DNA from: Ginglymostoma cirratum
Lineage: Eukaryota
NCBI GenBank assembly: GCA_024137785.1
Contig: JAHRHZ010000019.1
Span: forward strand, 26,096,327-26,160,326
Reading direction: 5' to 3'
DNA: 64,000 bases
Shown here: in pieces, positions 51,081 to 64,000 of the stretch
Layout of the letters: every line of letters begins with the position of its first letter
Numbering within the stretch: the stretch's first letter is position 1
Notes under the pieces: generated by a model
What the model saw: only the letters and a program-made list of their open reading frames with translations
Database searches by the model: none
What the model was told of the DNA's origin: nothing
Translations under genes and position numbers: made by a program

Positions 51081-51379
51081 TGAACAGTAGGGTACACTAC
51101 AACCATAATTGTTGGAGCAAAGAGGTAGGGATGATAACGGGACAGGTTTGCAAGTTTTTAGAGGAAGATCAAACAAGTTTAGATTGATCTTTACTAATCA
51201 GCTGTGAGTAGGACTTAACGTGAGCTTTCAGTGCATTTATTCATCAGATATCAATGTGATCTTACATCACACATCCAATCATATGAATTATCAGTGTGGT
51301 ATTACACTATACCCACAGGCAGTTATATCACCTCCTAGAGTAATCTTTCGGTTGAGAATGAATCACAAAAGCAAGTTTA

Positions 51380-52330
51380 CGATGCATCCCGGCTAAGTTC
51401 TTCAAAAGAGACCCAGACCAATTACAAGAGAATGAGAAAAAAATGAGGTAGAAAATAAGGCTAGCAAAGAGACCATGTGAAAATAGAATAGTAGTTAAGA
51501 TAAAGGGGCCCGAAGAATCTTCTACCGTCATCTAAATAATAATTGGGTTAGAAGAGACAGGATAAGTCATAATAGAGACAAAGACAGTGATATAATCTTC
51601 GAGGTGAAATGCAAGGCTAAAACATTTAATGAGTACTAAGGAAGTGAGAGCTGACAAAATATTGTTTGAGACGGAAATGGGTGAGAAAATGGATGGGATA
51701 AAACTGATATACAGAATGTTCTGGAAAGGCTGGCTATGTTTAGAGTGGATAGATCCCCTACTCCATCCGGGCTGCTTCAGATTTTGCTAAAGGACATGGA
51801 GGTGGAGCTAGTGGAAGGGTTTTCCATAATTGTCTAATCTGCCCCAGACACTGGGAAGGTGCCAGATATTTCTTCATCAAGAAAGCATGTAAGGATATTC
51901 CTCGTAACTGGTCAGTTTAACATCAATAGTGGATAAGTTTTTAGAACAGTAATATAGGAAAAAGAATTAACTGGCACTTGGAGAAGCTCGAGTTAATTAA
52001 GGAGAGACAGTATTGATTTGTAAAAGACAGCTCTTACTTGAGCAATCTAGTTAAATGTTTTGCTAAAATAACAGGTGATAGATGAAGGTAATGCAGTTGA
52101 TGTTATCCATATGAATTTTATGCAAACCTTTGATAGGAGTACTGCCTAAAAGTCTATTTAAGAAATTGAAGCTCAGACAATATGAGGGTCAGTGTCAGTT
52201 TGGATAAAATATTAAGAAAATGATGAATTGTGGTAAAGTGTCATTATTCAGATGGAGGAATGGTGGATAGTAGAGTTCCTCAAGGGCTGGTGTTAGGTCC
52301 ATTGCTTTTTCAAGTTTACAAATGATGCCA
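51380..52330 (+). mobile_element. Old CR1 ORF2 fragment (probably continuous with 50150-50690)
   Basis: ctggtcagtttaacatcaatagtggataag (PVSLTS), gatagatgaaggtaatgcagttgatgtt (DEGNAVDV), gttcctcaagggctggtgttaggtcca (VPQG.VLGP). Confidence 0.75.
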
Positions 52331-52841
52331 TTAAAGGGTGGACTTCCTGCCTGGAGGCCAAAGGTGGCCACTACACTTCTACAATGTGTGGGTGGAAGAC
52401 TCACCATTTGGGAAGGCTGTTGAGCAAATATTATTAGATATTCCTGCGGCCTATTAGGGGTTCCCTATTGACAACCATTCTATTCCCAGATCCAGAGTTG
52501 GGAAGGTAAGTCCACAGTCATATCAGCAGACATATCACTGCTGTTGCATTTAACCCTTCCACCTCTCACCAGTGACCCCATCCCTAACTCCTATCATGAC
52601 CACTCTTACCTTTGGCTTGAGATCTATGGCTGACACGTCCCATTGGTCTGAATGTAGTTTCAGCAGTGTCCACAGGGGACTTAATTGAGTGGGAGCCCAG
52701 TTCTATCCAAATTAATGCATGGTTACCTGGTAATTGCATTGTGCCTCTTGGAGAGAAACATCACAGTGTTCCTGTAACCAATGGACGGGTCTCCTGCGGA
52801 CTCATTAAATTCTGTCCAATGACATAGATTTAAATAATGTG

Positions 52842-53157
52842 TGGGGGTGGCATAGTGTCTCAGTGGTTTTTACTGCTGCGTCACAATGCCAGGGGCCTCA
52901 GTTCAATTCCAGCCTTGGGCAACTGTCTGTGTAGTGTGTGCACATTCTTCCTGTGTCCGCGTGGGTTTCCTCTAAATGCTCTGGTTTCCTCCCACAGTCC
53001 AAAGATGTGCAGGTTATGTGGATTGGCCATGCTAAACTGCCCATAGTATCTAGGGATATGCAGGCTAGGTGGATTAGCCATGGGAAATGCAAGGTTACAG
53101 GATAGAGTAGCGGGATGGGTCTGGGTAGGATGCTCTTCAGAGGATCAGTGTGGATGT
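52842..53157 (+). mobile_element. HE1 SINE
   Basis: gggggtggcatagtgtctcagtgg head and HE1 body. Tail missing. Confidence 0.9.
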
Positions 53158-54137
53158 GTGGATGTTCTTTTTCGTTGAGAGTGGTAAAAATCTAGAATTT
53201 CTGCCTGATTGTAGTGGAAGCTAAGGTGATGAATGATTTCAAAAAGAAATTGGATAGTCACCTGAGGGAAATAAACTTGCAGAGCTGTGGGAAGAAGGCA
53301 GGGTAATGAGACAGACTGGATTTCTACAGAGAGGGGGCATGGATACAAAGGCTGAATGGTCTCCTTAGCTGAAATTACACAATGACGAATTATTCAGGTG
53401 AACAAGCTCAGCCAGTACAAAGATTTAAAGCACACTATTAGCATTATTCTGTATGACATACTAATTATCTAGCCCACTGAGCTAAGCAAATGCTCCAATG
53501 AGATAGCACTGATTTTAGATTGCAGTCATGGTTTTATCAGCTATCAGTGTTATCTGATAGTATATCCACAGTTATATTGAACATCTGTGTGATTATTAAG
53601 TATTATTAGTATCTTAAAGAAATATTATCTGTTAAATAACAGTATGAACTGACAGTACTTAGTGCTTACATCAAATGTTCTAGATCCAGTGTAAATCTTA
53701 GATTCAGATGCCAACATAATGTCAGTTCAATTGGTCTTAAGTTAAAATGCGTAACAATTTTACAGTGTTTTGAAAAGAAACTTGAGACGTTCCATTATAA
53801 TGCATAAGAAAGTGCATTCTTACAATGTGCTCAAGGTTATTTATCAGCATGACTTAATGGTGCCCACATAGATCATATATTAATGGATGCTAGCAGGCAC
53901 ATGCATGGAAAAAAAGTCTGCATTTTCTGTACATGTAAACAAGCTTTGGGATTAATTACAGTTGTGACCTTACTAAATTCCTATGGATTTTAATTTTAAA
54001 ACAGGTATGGAGTGCAGTTAGACAGCACTCTCAGATAATATGTGTGTAATAAATTGTTTAAGAAGTATTATTCATCATAGGACAATGGAAACCACAGTTC
54101 TCCAGGAAAAGAAGGTCTCTATGTAATAAAGCTATTT

Positions 54138-54155
54138 CGCCACAAGATGGTAGTA
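54138..54155 (+). promoter_or_regulatory. CTCF-like motif
   Basis: cgCCACAAGATGGTAGta vs CCAC(C/A)AGATGGCAG, in non-repeat sequence. Confidence 0.45.
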
Positions 54156-55002
54156 AATGTGTGCGGTGAACATATTTATTATTTATGAACATTGATAGGG
54201 GGAGGTTTTACTTGACCTTAATTTCAGGAAGCATGAAGGAAGTTGCCAATTTGGATTCTCCAGCAGACTGGGATATTTTAACTCCATAATGCGTCAGGGA
54301 CAGCAAAAGAACACACAAGAACACAGGAATTAAGAGCGAGAGTAGGTCATTCAATCCCTTGAGTTTGTGCCCCTATTCATTAAGATCATCACTGTAATTC
54401 TTGACTCTCTTGATGATCACTGATCGGTTTCCCACTAAAAGTGGTCCAAGCAGAGCAGGCCTGATTGAAGTGACAATTAGGAAAGGGGGACGCTGAAGAT
54501 TGGAGTTGGGAAGGGAAAGATCAATTAGAGTGGGATTGATTGAAGGGGTAGATGGCCAAAGTCCTTGGTGGGGGAGGGACGGCTAGACAGCCTTGGTATC
54601 AGAGTCATACCGACTGTTTACTGTATGGAAAGAGGCCCTTTGGTCCAATGCGTCCATGCTGCTCATCAAACATTCATGGTGACCAGTAGATCAGAGGACT
54701 TAAAAGAGAGCCAAGCACCTTAGGGTGGAAGATTGGATGTCTAGTTATGGGATTGGAGCCCTTGGGACAAGGTTTGGTGGGGCTGATCAATAATTTAAGC
54801 TCTTCCACCGTGCACCGAGATCAATTACATGTGAATGTACTTAATATCCTGAATTGACCAAGCCGTCACCTTAATGAAACTACTAGACTCCCTGAAGTTT
54901 AGGAAATCTAGTTGGCAATTAAAGCTTAAAAATCGAAAAAGCAATAAGCTCATTGTCTCATAATTATATAATGTTCCAATCCACTTCCCAGGAGTGGGTC
55001 AG

Positions 55003-56420
55003 TCATAGAGTTATAGAGTCATAAAGATGGACAGCATGGAAACAGATCCTTCGGGCCAACTCGTCCATGCCAACCAGATATCCTAAATAAACCTAGTCCC
55101 ATTTGCCAGCATTTGGCCCATATCCATCTAACCCCTTCCTATTCATATACCCATTTGGATGCCTTTTAAATGTTGTAATTGTACGAGTCTCCACAACTTC
55201 CTCCAGCAGCTCATTCCATTCACACAGCACCCTCTGCGTGAAAACATTGCCCCTTAGGTCCCTTTTAAATCTTTTCCCTCTCACCTTAAATCTATGGTGT
55301 GGAGGTGACAATGTTGGGACTAGGGCGAACAAAGTCAGAAATCACACAACACCAGGTTATAGTCCAACAGATTTATTTGAAAACACAAGCTTTGAAGCCT
55401 CAGTGACTGAGGGTCCAAAAGCTCATGTTTTCAGATAAACCTGTTGGACAATAACCGGGTGTCATGTGATTTCTAACCTTAAACCTAAGCTCTCTAGTTT
55501 TGGATTCCCCTACCCTGGGGAAAAGACCTTGTCTATATACCCTATCTATGCCCCTCGTGATTTTATAAACCCCTATAGGATCACCCCTCAGCCTCTGGCA
55601 TTCCAGAGAAAATAGCCCCAGCCTATTCAGCCTCTCCCTATAGCTCAAACCCTCCAACCCTGGAAACAGACTCGTAAATCTTTTCTGAACCCTTTCAAGT
55701 TTCACAACATCCTTCCTACAGCAGGAGGCCAGAACTGCATGCAGTATTCCAACAGTGGCCTAACCAATGTCCTGTACATCCACAACTTGACCTTCTAACT
55801 CCGATACTCAATGCGCTGATCAATAAAGTCAAACATACCAAATGTCTTCTTCGCTATCCTATCGACCTGCAACTCCACTTTCTAGGAACTATGATCCTGC
55901 ACTCCAAGGTCTCTTTGTTCAGCAATACTCTCCAGAACCTCACCATAAAGTATGTAAGTCCTGTCCTGATGTGCCTTTCCCAAAATGCAGAACCTCACAT
56001 TAATCTATATTAAACTTCATCTGTCACTCCTCGGCCCATTAGCCCATCTAACCAAGATCTGTTATACTCTGAGGTAACCTTCTTCACTGTCAACTACACC
56101 TCCAATTTTGGTGTCATCTACAAACTTACTAACCATGCCTGCCATGATCACATCCAAATCATGTATATAAATGGTGAAAAACAGTGAACCAAGCACCAAT
56201 CCTTGTGGCACACCACTGGTCACAGGCCTCTAAGCAACCCTCCACCACCGTCCTCTGTCTTCTACCTTTGAACCAGTTCTGTATCCAAATGGCTAGCTCT
56301 CCCTGTATTCCAGGTGCTCTAACCTTGCTAACCAGTCTACCATGAGGAACCTTGTCGAACACCTTACTGAAGTCCATATAGATCACATCTGCCACTCTGC
56401 CATCATCAATCCTCTTAATT
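55003..56420 (-). mobile_element. HER1 (CR1) LINE, 5'-truncated
   Basis: ORFs 56159..56395 DVIYMDFSKVFDKVPHGRL, 55400..55705 LERVQKRFT...LSYRERLNRLGLFSLE and 55093..55332 DLRGNVFTQRV. Tail tcatagagttatagagtcata. Confidence 0.93.
55295..55475. mobile_element. Fold-back mini-element (same family as 14444) nested in HER1
   Basis: Imperfect inverted arms agaaatcacacaacaccaggttatagtccaacag / ctgttggacaataaccgggtgtcatgtgatttct. Flanks accttaaatcta (55283-55294) / accttaaaccta (55476-55487). Confidence 0.85.
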
Positions 56421-59400
56421 TCTCAATCACCACTCACTTCCTGGTTAACTTTAATGCCAGCGATGGGTTTGTATCATTTGGAAATTGAAGATCTCAGATT
56501 TTAACCTCTGCCTGACCATAAGCTTCTTTAAGTTAAAATTTCCTTCAATGAGGCATTATGCTTTAATTTAATTTTTCATTAATTACAGATAACTTTTTTT
56601 TGATCACTTAATCTGAGGAGCGTCTTACATAAGCTTGGGAAACACCAATAGCAATACCATCATGTAGAAACTTAAAACTTTTAAACTAAATTCGCCTGTT
56701 TATCTTAAACTAGCTGAGGCCTCTACTAAAATAGTTGAGTATTGTATCTACAGCTAAGCCAAGTCTGCATACCACCATGTTGTAGCTTCGCTGCCACTAT
56801 CCTCTTGAAGTGTAGGGATCTACAATGTGGTAGAGGAAGAACACATACTGATCTAATTAAAAGAAGTGCTTGCACTGTGCAGGAAGAAGCAACAAATTAC
56901 AGGTTCCATGGGTATGACAGACATTGTTACAGAGCCTATGTGGATAACCTGGAGGTTCAGTCTAACTTCTCTGAGATCCTAAGCTGTTCTGCTGAGAAGT
57001 CCATATGACATCACTAAAATGGCTAGCGCTAATAGCAATGTCAAAACTGTGAATACCATAATTGATGAGATTATAACCACATGCAGAATCTAGTCATTAT
57101 AATACAAAATTTCATATCACTTCCTTTAAAGAAATATTTACATTTCTGAGTGGATTTCTGATTGAAATTCTTGTGTTGAGAATATCAATGTCCATAATAT
57201 TGAAAGCTGTTGACACTGAAGGATTAGAATTAGTGATGCTACGGTGAAAATGGCAAGATCCTAAAAACCATGGTTAAGTAGCTTAAGGGATGGAGATAGT
57301 TGAAGGCGTCTCATTGGTCTGATGAAATTACTGGGGCATGTAGACAATTGTCTCCCAGTGCAAGTATTGATCAGTTTTACCAAATGACATCTCTTGTCTA
57401 AAGACTTGCAAGAACACGAATCAGGACAAATCCAATGAAAAATAGCAATGATTTTTGTTGTAATCTTATTCTGAAAGTGTTCTATGTAAGGCATTTTTTA
57501 CATGATACAGTTCTGAGGCCATCGATGTGCTGATGGCATGACCCTTTGTGAAACAAAATAAAAGTATTCAGTATTAAGATGAAATGCTTGTCACAATTAT
57601 GTCATCATTTTGGAACCGCCATTTAAAAGACCACAGTGCTTTGGAACAAATGACTTTCCCAGGTCTAATTTCAAGTTAGCTAGGCTCAGTTGGCACAGTA
57701 ATGTGCTGGAAACGCTGCCACAAAGCCCCCTGGCATATTAGCTCTAGAAAGGTAGGTAAATAGATTGACTACAGATAGGCTGGTTATATTAGAGATAGAT
57801 AAAAGGCAGATGGGTGGTCATTTTTACAATACTTTAATGATGCAATGATTCAAGTTGTGACTACCATTGCCTAATAACCTTAATTATTTTGGTTGTAGTG
57901 ACAGAAGACATACATTTTTCACTGTTCATTGACAATTTAATAGAGTGGACTGGTATATTCCTGAAGTAAACATTTCAGGAGTACGATAATATGGAGTCTG
58001 ACGACTTGTGAGTTATCACTTTGTTGAGTGCTGCCAGAATGAATGACCCTTGACCTTGGGTGTCAGAAATAAAGACTGCTTCTGAGGTACTTACTGAGCT
58101 AAGGCCAAGCTATTGAAATACCGGTTAGTGAATGTAGCCAAAGGGTAAGGCATAATGAAATATTGACTGAATTTGTCTGGCCATAATTCTCTAATTTTAG
58201 TGAAGGATTAGAAAAGTAACCTTGAGTGTGCAATAACAACCTCAGCCTTTTGGCTTTAGGCCCAAAGCATACTCTCAATCACCTCTGTAACTCTCAGGGC
58301 ATCAACACAGCAGCCAACTGTCAGTTCATCTTGCCTGGCTGCTAGATAAAATGAAAATAATGTCCAGCTGTCAAGGATATTATCAGGGCAAATGAAACTT
58401 TATCCCCATGCAAGGTGACATAGGTCACATCATTACCCACCACCTTATATTTAACATGCACAGGTGGAACACTCAGAATGCACAGATGACTAAAGGCGGC
58501 ACAGACTAATGGGATCTGTAGTTTTTCAGGTAAAACCTTTGCAATCTGATGTGCAAAATTTCAAAATAAATTATATTTCAGTCATTAGACATTTCTATTA
58601 TTCATTAAGCAATTTTATTCATTCACAGTAATTATTAAAATCACCATAATTTATGCACCATTTATTGCCTAGCTCTAACTGACTTTAAGTTTCCTACTTG
58701 AATAGAACTGAGGCCAGTTAGGAGTCAACCACCCACTACAGATCAGATGAGGGAAGGAAGACAGATTTCCTTCCCTAAAGATCATGAGTAAATAAGGCAG
58801 GTTTTTACAACAATCTGATAGTTACATGTGACTAAATTATACAAGGCTCTGTGATCCCTTCTCTATGGCTGAAAATCACACAATGCGGAGAAGCTTACTG
58901 GAGGAAGAATAGCTACCCTGCAATCACTAAACTTAAGCTAGAGACAGGATTTACATCCTTCAGGGATAGGAAGTCCCACCTCAAAATGTTGCTAGTCAGA
59001 GGCCAGCAGCTATCAAGTACCTAGTGCTGCAGTCTGACATTGAGACAATGTTCAGCCATGGATTAGATCTTTGGAAGAGTTTCAGGGTCAGAGGAGCAGG
59101 TGGGGACTAGGATTTGAGAGGTCCAGAGAGTGGAGGAACAGTGGAAGGTGATGTCATATTTTGGGGATCAGGTCATCACTTCGGCTAGAGGATCAGTTAC
59201 GCAAGTTACCCCTCTCCATCAACAGCCCCTGCAGGAAAACCCTGCTAGTCTTGTTGTTGGCATGGAGTACTCTCACTGCCAGTTGAATCCCAACTACCCC
59301 ACTGGTGGGCAGCTGTCCGACACCATCTCCACTGCTGGTGAAATTGTGATGCAGCAGGCAGGCTACCAGTCACATCAAGCATGCCAATGCCCCACCTGTC

Positions 59401-59484
59401 CACCTGGAACCCAACAGTGGGAGAGCATTAAATCCAACCCAGTGTCACTACAGAATCATAGGTTAGTCAAGTATGGAAAGAAGC

Positions 59485-60625
59485 CATTGTGATGTTGATT
59501 GTGTGGGAATTCAGAGATGGTAATGCCATTGAATATAACGGAGCAACAGTTAGACTCTGTTTTATTGAAGATTATCATTGGCTTCTATTGTGTAACGTGA
59601 ATGTTGCTTACCACTTGTCAGCCCAAGCCCAAGTACTGTCCAGGTCTTTGATTTGATTTGATTTATTGTTGCATGTACAGGTGGTATGAGCATTACAGGC
59701 AGATCATAGTAAGCAAAGGAAGTATAGATCAAAGAGACTTAGAGGTATACAGGTTATACTGCACAGAGTGTGAGCTAGACAAGATCAATGTTAGCAAGAC
59801 CAGTGTTATTTGAGACTAGATGATCAATCAGATGATGGCCAGGGAGAAGCTGTTCCTGAACCTGCTGATGCATGTGTTCAGACTTCTGTATCTTCTGACA
59901 GAAGAAGTTGTAGGAGATCATTACTGGGGTGCAATGGGTCTTTGATGATATCGGCAGCCCTTCTGCAGCAGCAAACCATGTACATGGAACCCATGGATGG
60001 AATGGTGGCTTCCGTGATTTTTTGGGCTGCGCACACCACTTTCTGTAGTTTCTTATGGTCCTGGGCAGAGCAGTTGTCATACACCCGGACAGTATGCTTT
60101 CAGCGATGCATCTGGAGATGTTTGTGAGGGACCTTGTGGCCATGCCAAATTTCCTGAGCTACCTGAGGAGGAAGAGGCGCTGTTGTGCCTTCTTGACTGT
60201 CACATCGACGGTCTTGTTGCATTTGGACATGGACCACTTCAGTAACTGGGGAGCCACAAATGGTGCTGAACATTATGCAATCATAAGCAAACATCCCTGC
60301 TTCTGTCCTTATGATGAAGGGAAGGTCATTGATGAAGTAGCTAAGTGGTTAGAGTTAAGACACTACCCTGAGGGACTCCTGCAGAGGTATTCTAGGGCTC
60401 AGATGACTTCAACAACCACAGTTTGTGCCAGGTATGATTCCAATCAGTGGACTGTTTTCCTACTGATTCTCATTGACTCCAGTTTTGCTCAGGCTCCTTG
60501 ATGCTATACCTGGTCAAATGTGGCCTTGGTATCAAAGGAAATCACTTGCACCTCACCCCTGGAATTCAGCCGTGTGTTCAAGCTAAAGCTGTAATGAAGT
60601 CAGACACTGAGTGGCCCTGGCTGCA
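59485..60625 (-). mobile_element. CR1-group LINE fragment (43703 family) split by a nested insertion
   Basis: ccacttgtcagcccaagcc...tgtccaggtct at 59610-59648 resumes as gtcttgttgcatttggac at 60211, colinear with 44472-44525. Confidence 0.8.
59649..60210 (-). mobile_element. Rex1/Babar-like LINE 3' fragment (nested)
   Basis: RCIAESILSGCMT...NCSAQDHKKLQKVVCAAQKIT...IIKDPLHP, typical of the Rex1-type ORF C-terminus. (TCAAA)n-type tail at 59649-59665. Confidence 0.75.
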
Positions 60626-62229
60626 GCTTGAACCCCTTTCAATTTACGGTGATATTACTTGTAGACCTACCTACTTTACAGAAATCAAATTGCTGCATCA
60701 TTGATATTTCAATGACCTTGCCTTGTTTAACTGGCAATCCTCCATTTTGTGTAGAGAATTTGACAAGTAAGCATTCTAGTTGTACAGTGTATTAGAATGT
60801 TTGACTGCTGCACTGCAGTATGATAGCTCTGGGGTCCTTTCTTTCTGTTTTACCCTTCTAAAGAGATTTCAACCTCAGCCAGAGAGGACATCTGAAGACA
60901 GTAGATACAAACAGCTTTTCTGGTGAGATAGGAGGAAAATGAGAGGGTAAACCAATCCATGTTGCACTTGTGTGAACTCCTTTTGACTGATGTAAGTACA
61001 TGATTGGCAGAGGGCTAAATGCCTATCCCCTCAGTGTAGAATGGTGTGTGATACAGCGCGGATGGAAAGGAAAGTTTGCAAGATGAACTCAAGGTGTCAA
61101 ATGGAGGTCACTCTTTAGTTCCGGTAATGTGAGAAAGGTTGTGTAATGACTTTTGAAATATGAGCGGAACTGATATCCACGACTACTTTGACATCGCTCA
61201 AGGCAAAAATAGTATTACTGTCAAAGCCAATGACATGTAACAAAATTACACTCAGGATTGAATCTTTGGAGAAAAATGAACTTTGCTTGTAATCTCTTCA
61301 GAAAAGAATCTTTCGGTGAAGAAGAGACTAGGCTGATGTGATATTTTGTTGAATATCTGCTTTACTAGATTACCTGCTTTAATTTGAATGAATAAATGAA
61401 ACATTTTATTGAAATGTACTTTTACTGATACATATCTGAAATTTACTCATCTCTGACAGAAAGATAAAGACTAAATTGACAACCCCCTGAAAATGGGTGT
61501 GAGGCTTATGATGTGCGATTACCTTCTCACATTCAATATTTAAACTGCCTGCCTAAGACCATGGCTGTAGTGTTCAGCCCACCCTAACCATCCTATTGAG
61601 TAGCTGCCTCTCAGTCAAACAGTCCAGACTTCAGCCCAGACTGAGATGGTACACCTGTAGGCTGGTCTTCTAGGCTAGAGCTCCTCAAGTTTACCCTTGA
61701 AGGCGATACGCATTCTCTTCCATTGAAAGCAGCCTTCCATTAGCATGGATGTAACTCTGATGTAGTTCTCTATAGGATAATTATGGCAGGCAAAAGGACT
61801 TAAGAGACACGCACTACCAGAATGCACAAGGGCAAATCTGCTGTGTTGTGTGCAATATGGCCTATGCGATAACTTTGCTTTGAAATGTTTATATTCTTCC
61901 TTATTTTAGCATGATGTTCAAGCAGACACTGTGAATGTCTGTCACAGACGGGAAGTAAAACTTTGGACTATTGATGAATGGCAAATGGTTAGTTCCAGTT
62001 ACTGGTGTCACAGACAAATCATCCAGTCAAAGACACCACAGCCCCACAAAATTGTCATCCAAATTGCATTTCCCTTCCCCTTCATCTTTTCCTCTTCCTG
62101 CTCCTTAGATACTCTTGCTGCACACCTGTCATAGCTACATGCTGACAATTTTGCGTAGCATGCAGCAGACCAACACAAATCTTGACATTCATTTAAACAA
62201 GTACTATGGGCCTCTTGCATACCAACAAC

Positions 62230-62428
62230 AAAAACAAAGTTGCTGGAAAAGTTCATCTGTGAAGGAAAAAACAGAGTTAACGTTTTGTTGCCGTTCTGAG
62301 GAACGGTGCCTGGACCCGAAACATTATCTCTGTTTTTTCCTTCACAGATGCTGCCAGACCTGCTGACCTTTTCCAGCAACTTTGTTTTTATTCCTGATTT
62401 ACAGCATCTGCAATCCTTTCAGTTTTTG
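62230..62428. mobile_element. Penelope-derived fold-back element with hammerhead core in the loop
   Basis: Arm pairs 62230-62251/62368-62389 and 62254-62276/62328-62350. Loop gttCTGAGGAacggtgcctggacccGAAAcatt. Confidence 0.85.
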
Positions 62429-62449
62429 TCTCTCTTGCATACCCAGCCA

Positions 62450-63150
62450 GGCAATGGAAGTATTGTGTCAGCACTATCAATGGTCTTCTTGAACATATTT
62501 TGTGCGACATCATGGTTGTCATTGTGTGTATAGAGTCTACATGTGCAAAAATTATTGACTGGGGTCATTGTCTATTTTTGAAATTGGATAACCTTTCTTA
62601 CTGAGCATCCACCATTTGATTTTGTGCGCTGGCTCGAATGTAGATGATTCAACTGCTGTAGATGAAAGCATCATGACTGCTGACATAATATCGAGTAGGA
62701 TTCTTCACAAATGGTCACATATCAGCTGGATATTGAGCGACTGGAATCCCTTTCAGGTTTGGTTGATCTCAGAGTTGACACGTAGCACCTGCCAACTGAC
62801 GTGTGCATAGGCAATGGTAGCCTGCAGATGGAGAAACTTGACTGCCCACTCTATGTGCTGTTCTCTGGCAAGAGAGAATGAATATTAGTTAGCTTTCTTT
62901 GAATGGGGAGCTTCAGTGATCTCTCTAACACATTGGATGATACTGAACAGTGAAATGTTGCAAATATTCCGTTTCCAACCTGGAAGGGACTCAACATATA
63001 GAAGTTCATGGCTACAGTCATTGACAAAGTTATCCTTGCTTTGATATGTGATTGCAGCTATGGCTGCAATTGGTGGCAGATATCAGTGAAGAAATCCTTA
63101 ATGAAGCAGAGACAGCTTACACACTAAAATTAACGTAAAGTACTATAGAT
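62450..63150 (-). mobile_element. PIF/Harbinger (HARBI1-like) transposase remnant
   Basis: Minus-strand translation MTVAMNFY...FQ...ICNIS...CVREITEA (~63020-62910) and KGFQSLNIQLICDH...SSHDAFI (~62753-62660), with stops and frameshifts. Confidence 0.7.
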
Positions 63151-64000
63151 ACTGGTGATAAGAAATACAAACAGAAAGTGTTGGGCAAATGAGATCTGTT
63201 GACTATCTCCAGCACTTTCTGTTTGTATTACACCTCTCATATCAATCCTCGCTATGATTCAGTTGAAGAATTTATCCCTGAACATCCTAGGCAAATGTGG
63301 CTTCTTGCTGAGAACTCGTCTCCCTCTTCCACTTCCACTTCCAGCAGTTGGACCTGCTGTATGTCACCTCTGCTCATTCTCCTTGTAATGCTGTAGCCAA
63401 GAATGATGCATGCTGCTGCATCCATGTCTGGAAGAAAGTAGGTTGTGTACTTTGAAGTCAGGCAAAAGTCCTTCATTATTTGCCACACCTCTCATTGTAG
63501 ACTGCAGCATCTCTAAAGAACTTCAGCGAGCACAAAACATGTGTATAATTCCAGCAGCAGTCAGTATAAATCAATCAGTAACTAACAAATAATGTTGCTG
63601 ATGATCCCTTTAAATAACTTTGGTTCCGGTTCCTTCCTGCTGTTGGACCCATGTTCAGCCTTATGTAACTGAGAGGTGACATTTGCCGCTGCCTTAAGCT
63701 TCAAACTGACAAGACTTATGTCACATCAGTCTTAGGCAATGATTGACTTCATGAGTTGTATACACTGCATACAACTGATTCACCGTAAGCACAATAACTC
63801 CCTCAACCTATTTGCTTATGAGGCAAATCACAGCAGATACGTGTGTGTAAACTGCAGATGCCATTTTGGATCTCTAACTGCACTTGTGGTGCCCAAAATG
63901 GATTGAACCTTTGTATCAGTTAACAGCATATATCAAATCTTATGGCATGAAAATGTAACACATTGATCAGAATTTTGTAGTCAGTGTTAAAGAAATAGCA

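Overview
Eukaryotic, repeat-rich DNA from a cartilaginous fish (inferred from HE1 SINEs and HER1/CR1 LINEs; genus not determinable by eye). No intact host protein-coding exon is recognisable. A CpG-rich region at ~6.9-10.8 kb appears to hold the promoter and a short non-coding first exon of a minus-strand gene that runs off the left edge. The rest is layered transposon debris: Tigger, Harbinger, several CR1-group LINEs, a Rex1/Babar-like LINE, Penelope-like elements with hammerhead-ribozyme cores and short fold-back derivatives, and two solo LTRs. The most notable object is a 4.1-kb endogenous retrovirus (26989-31110) with ~96-97% identical LTRs, a tRNA-Ser PBS and a GGGA target-site duplication. 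In it, a 110-bp inverted copy of its own U3 replaces nearly all of pro-pol, starting at the protease catalytic Asp. Its Env TM subunit has an internal-fusion-loop layout like filovirus GP2 / ASLV TM. All family assignments are from motif recognition, not database searches.
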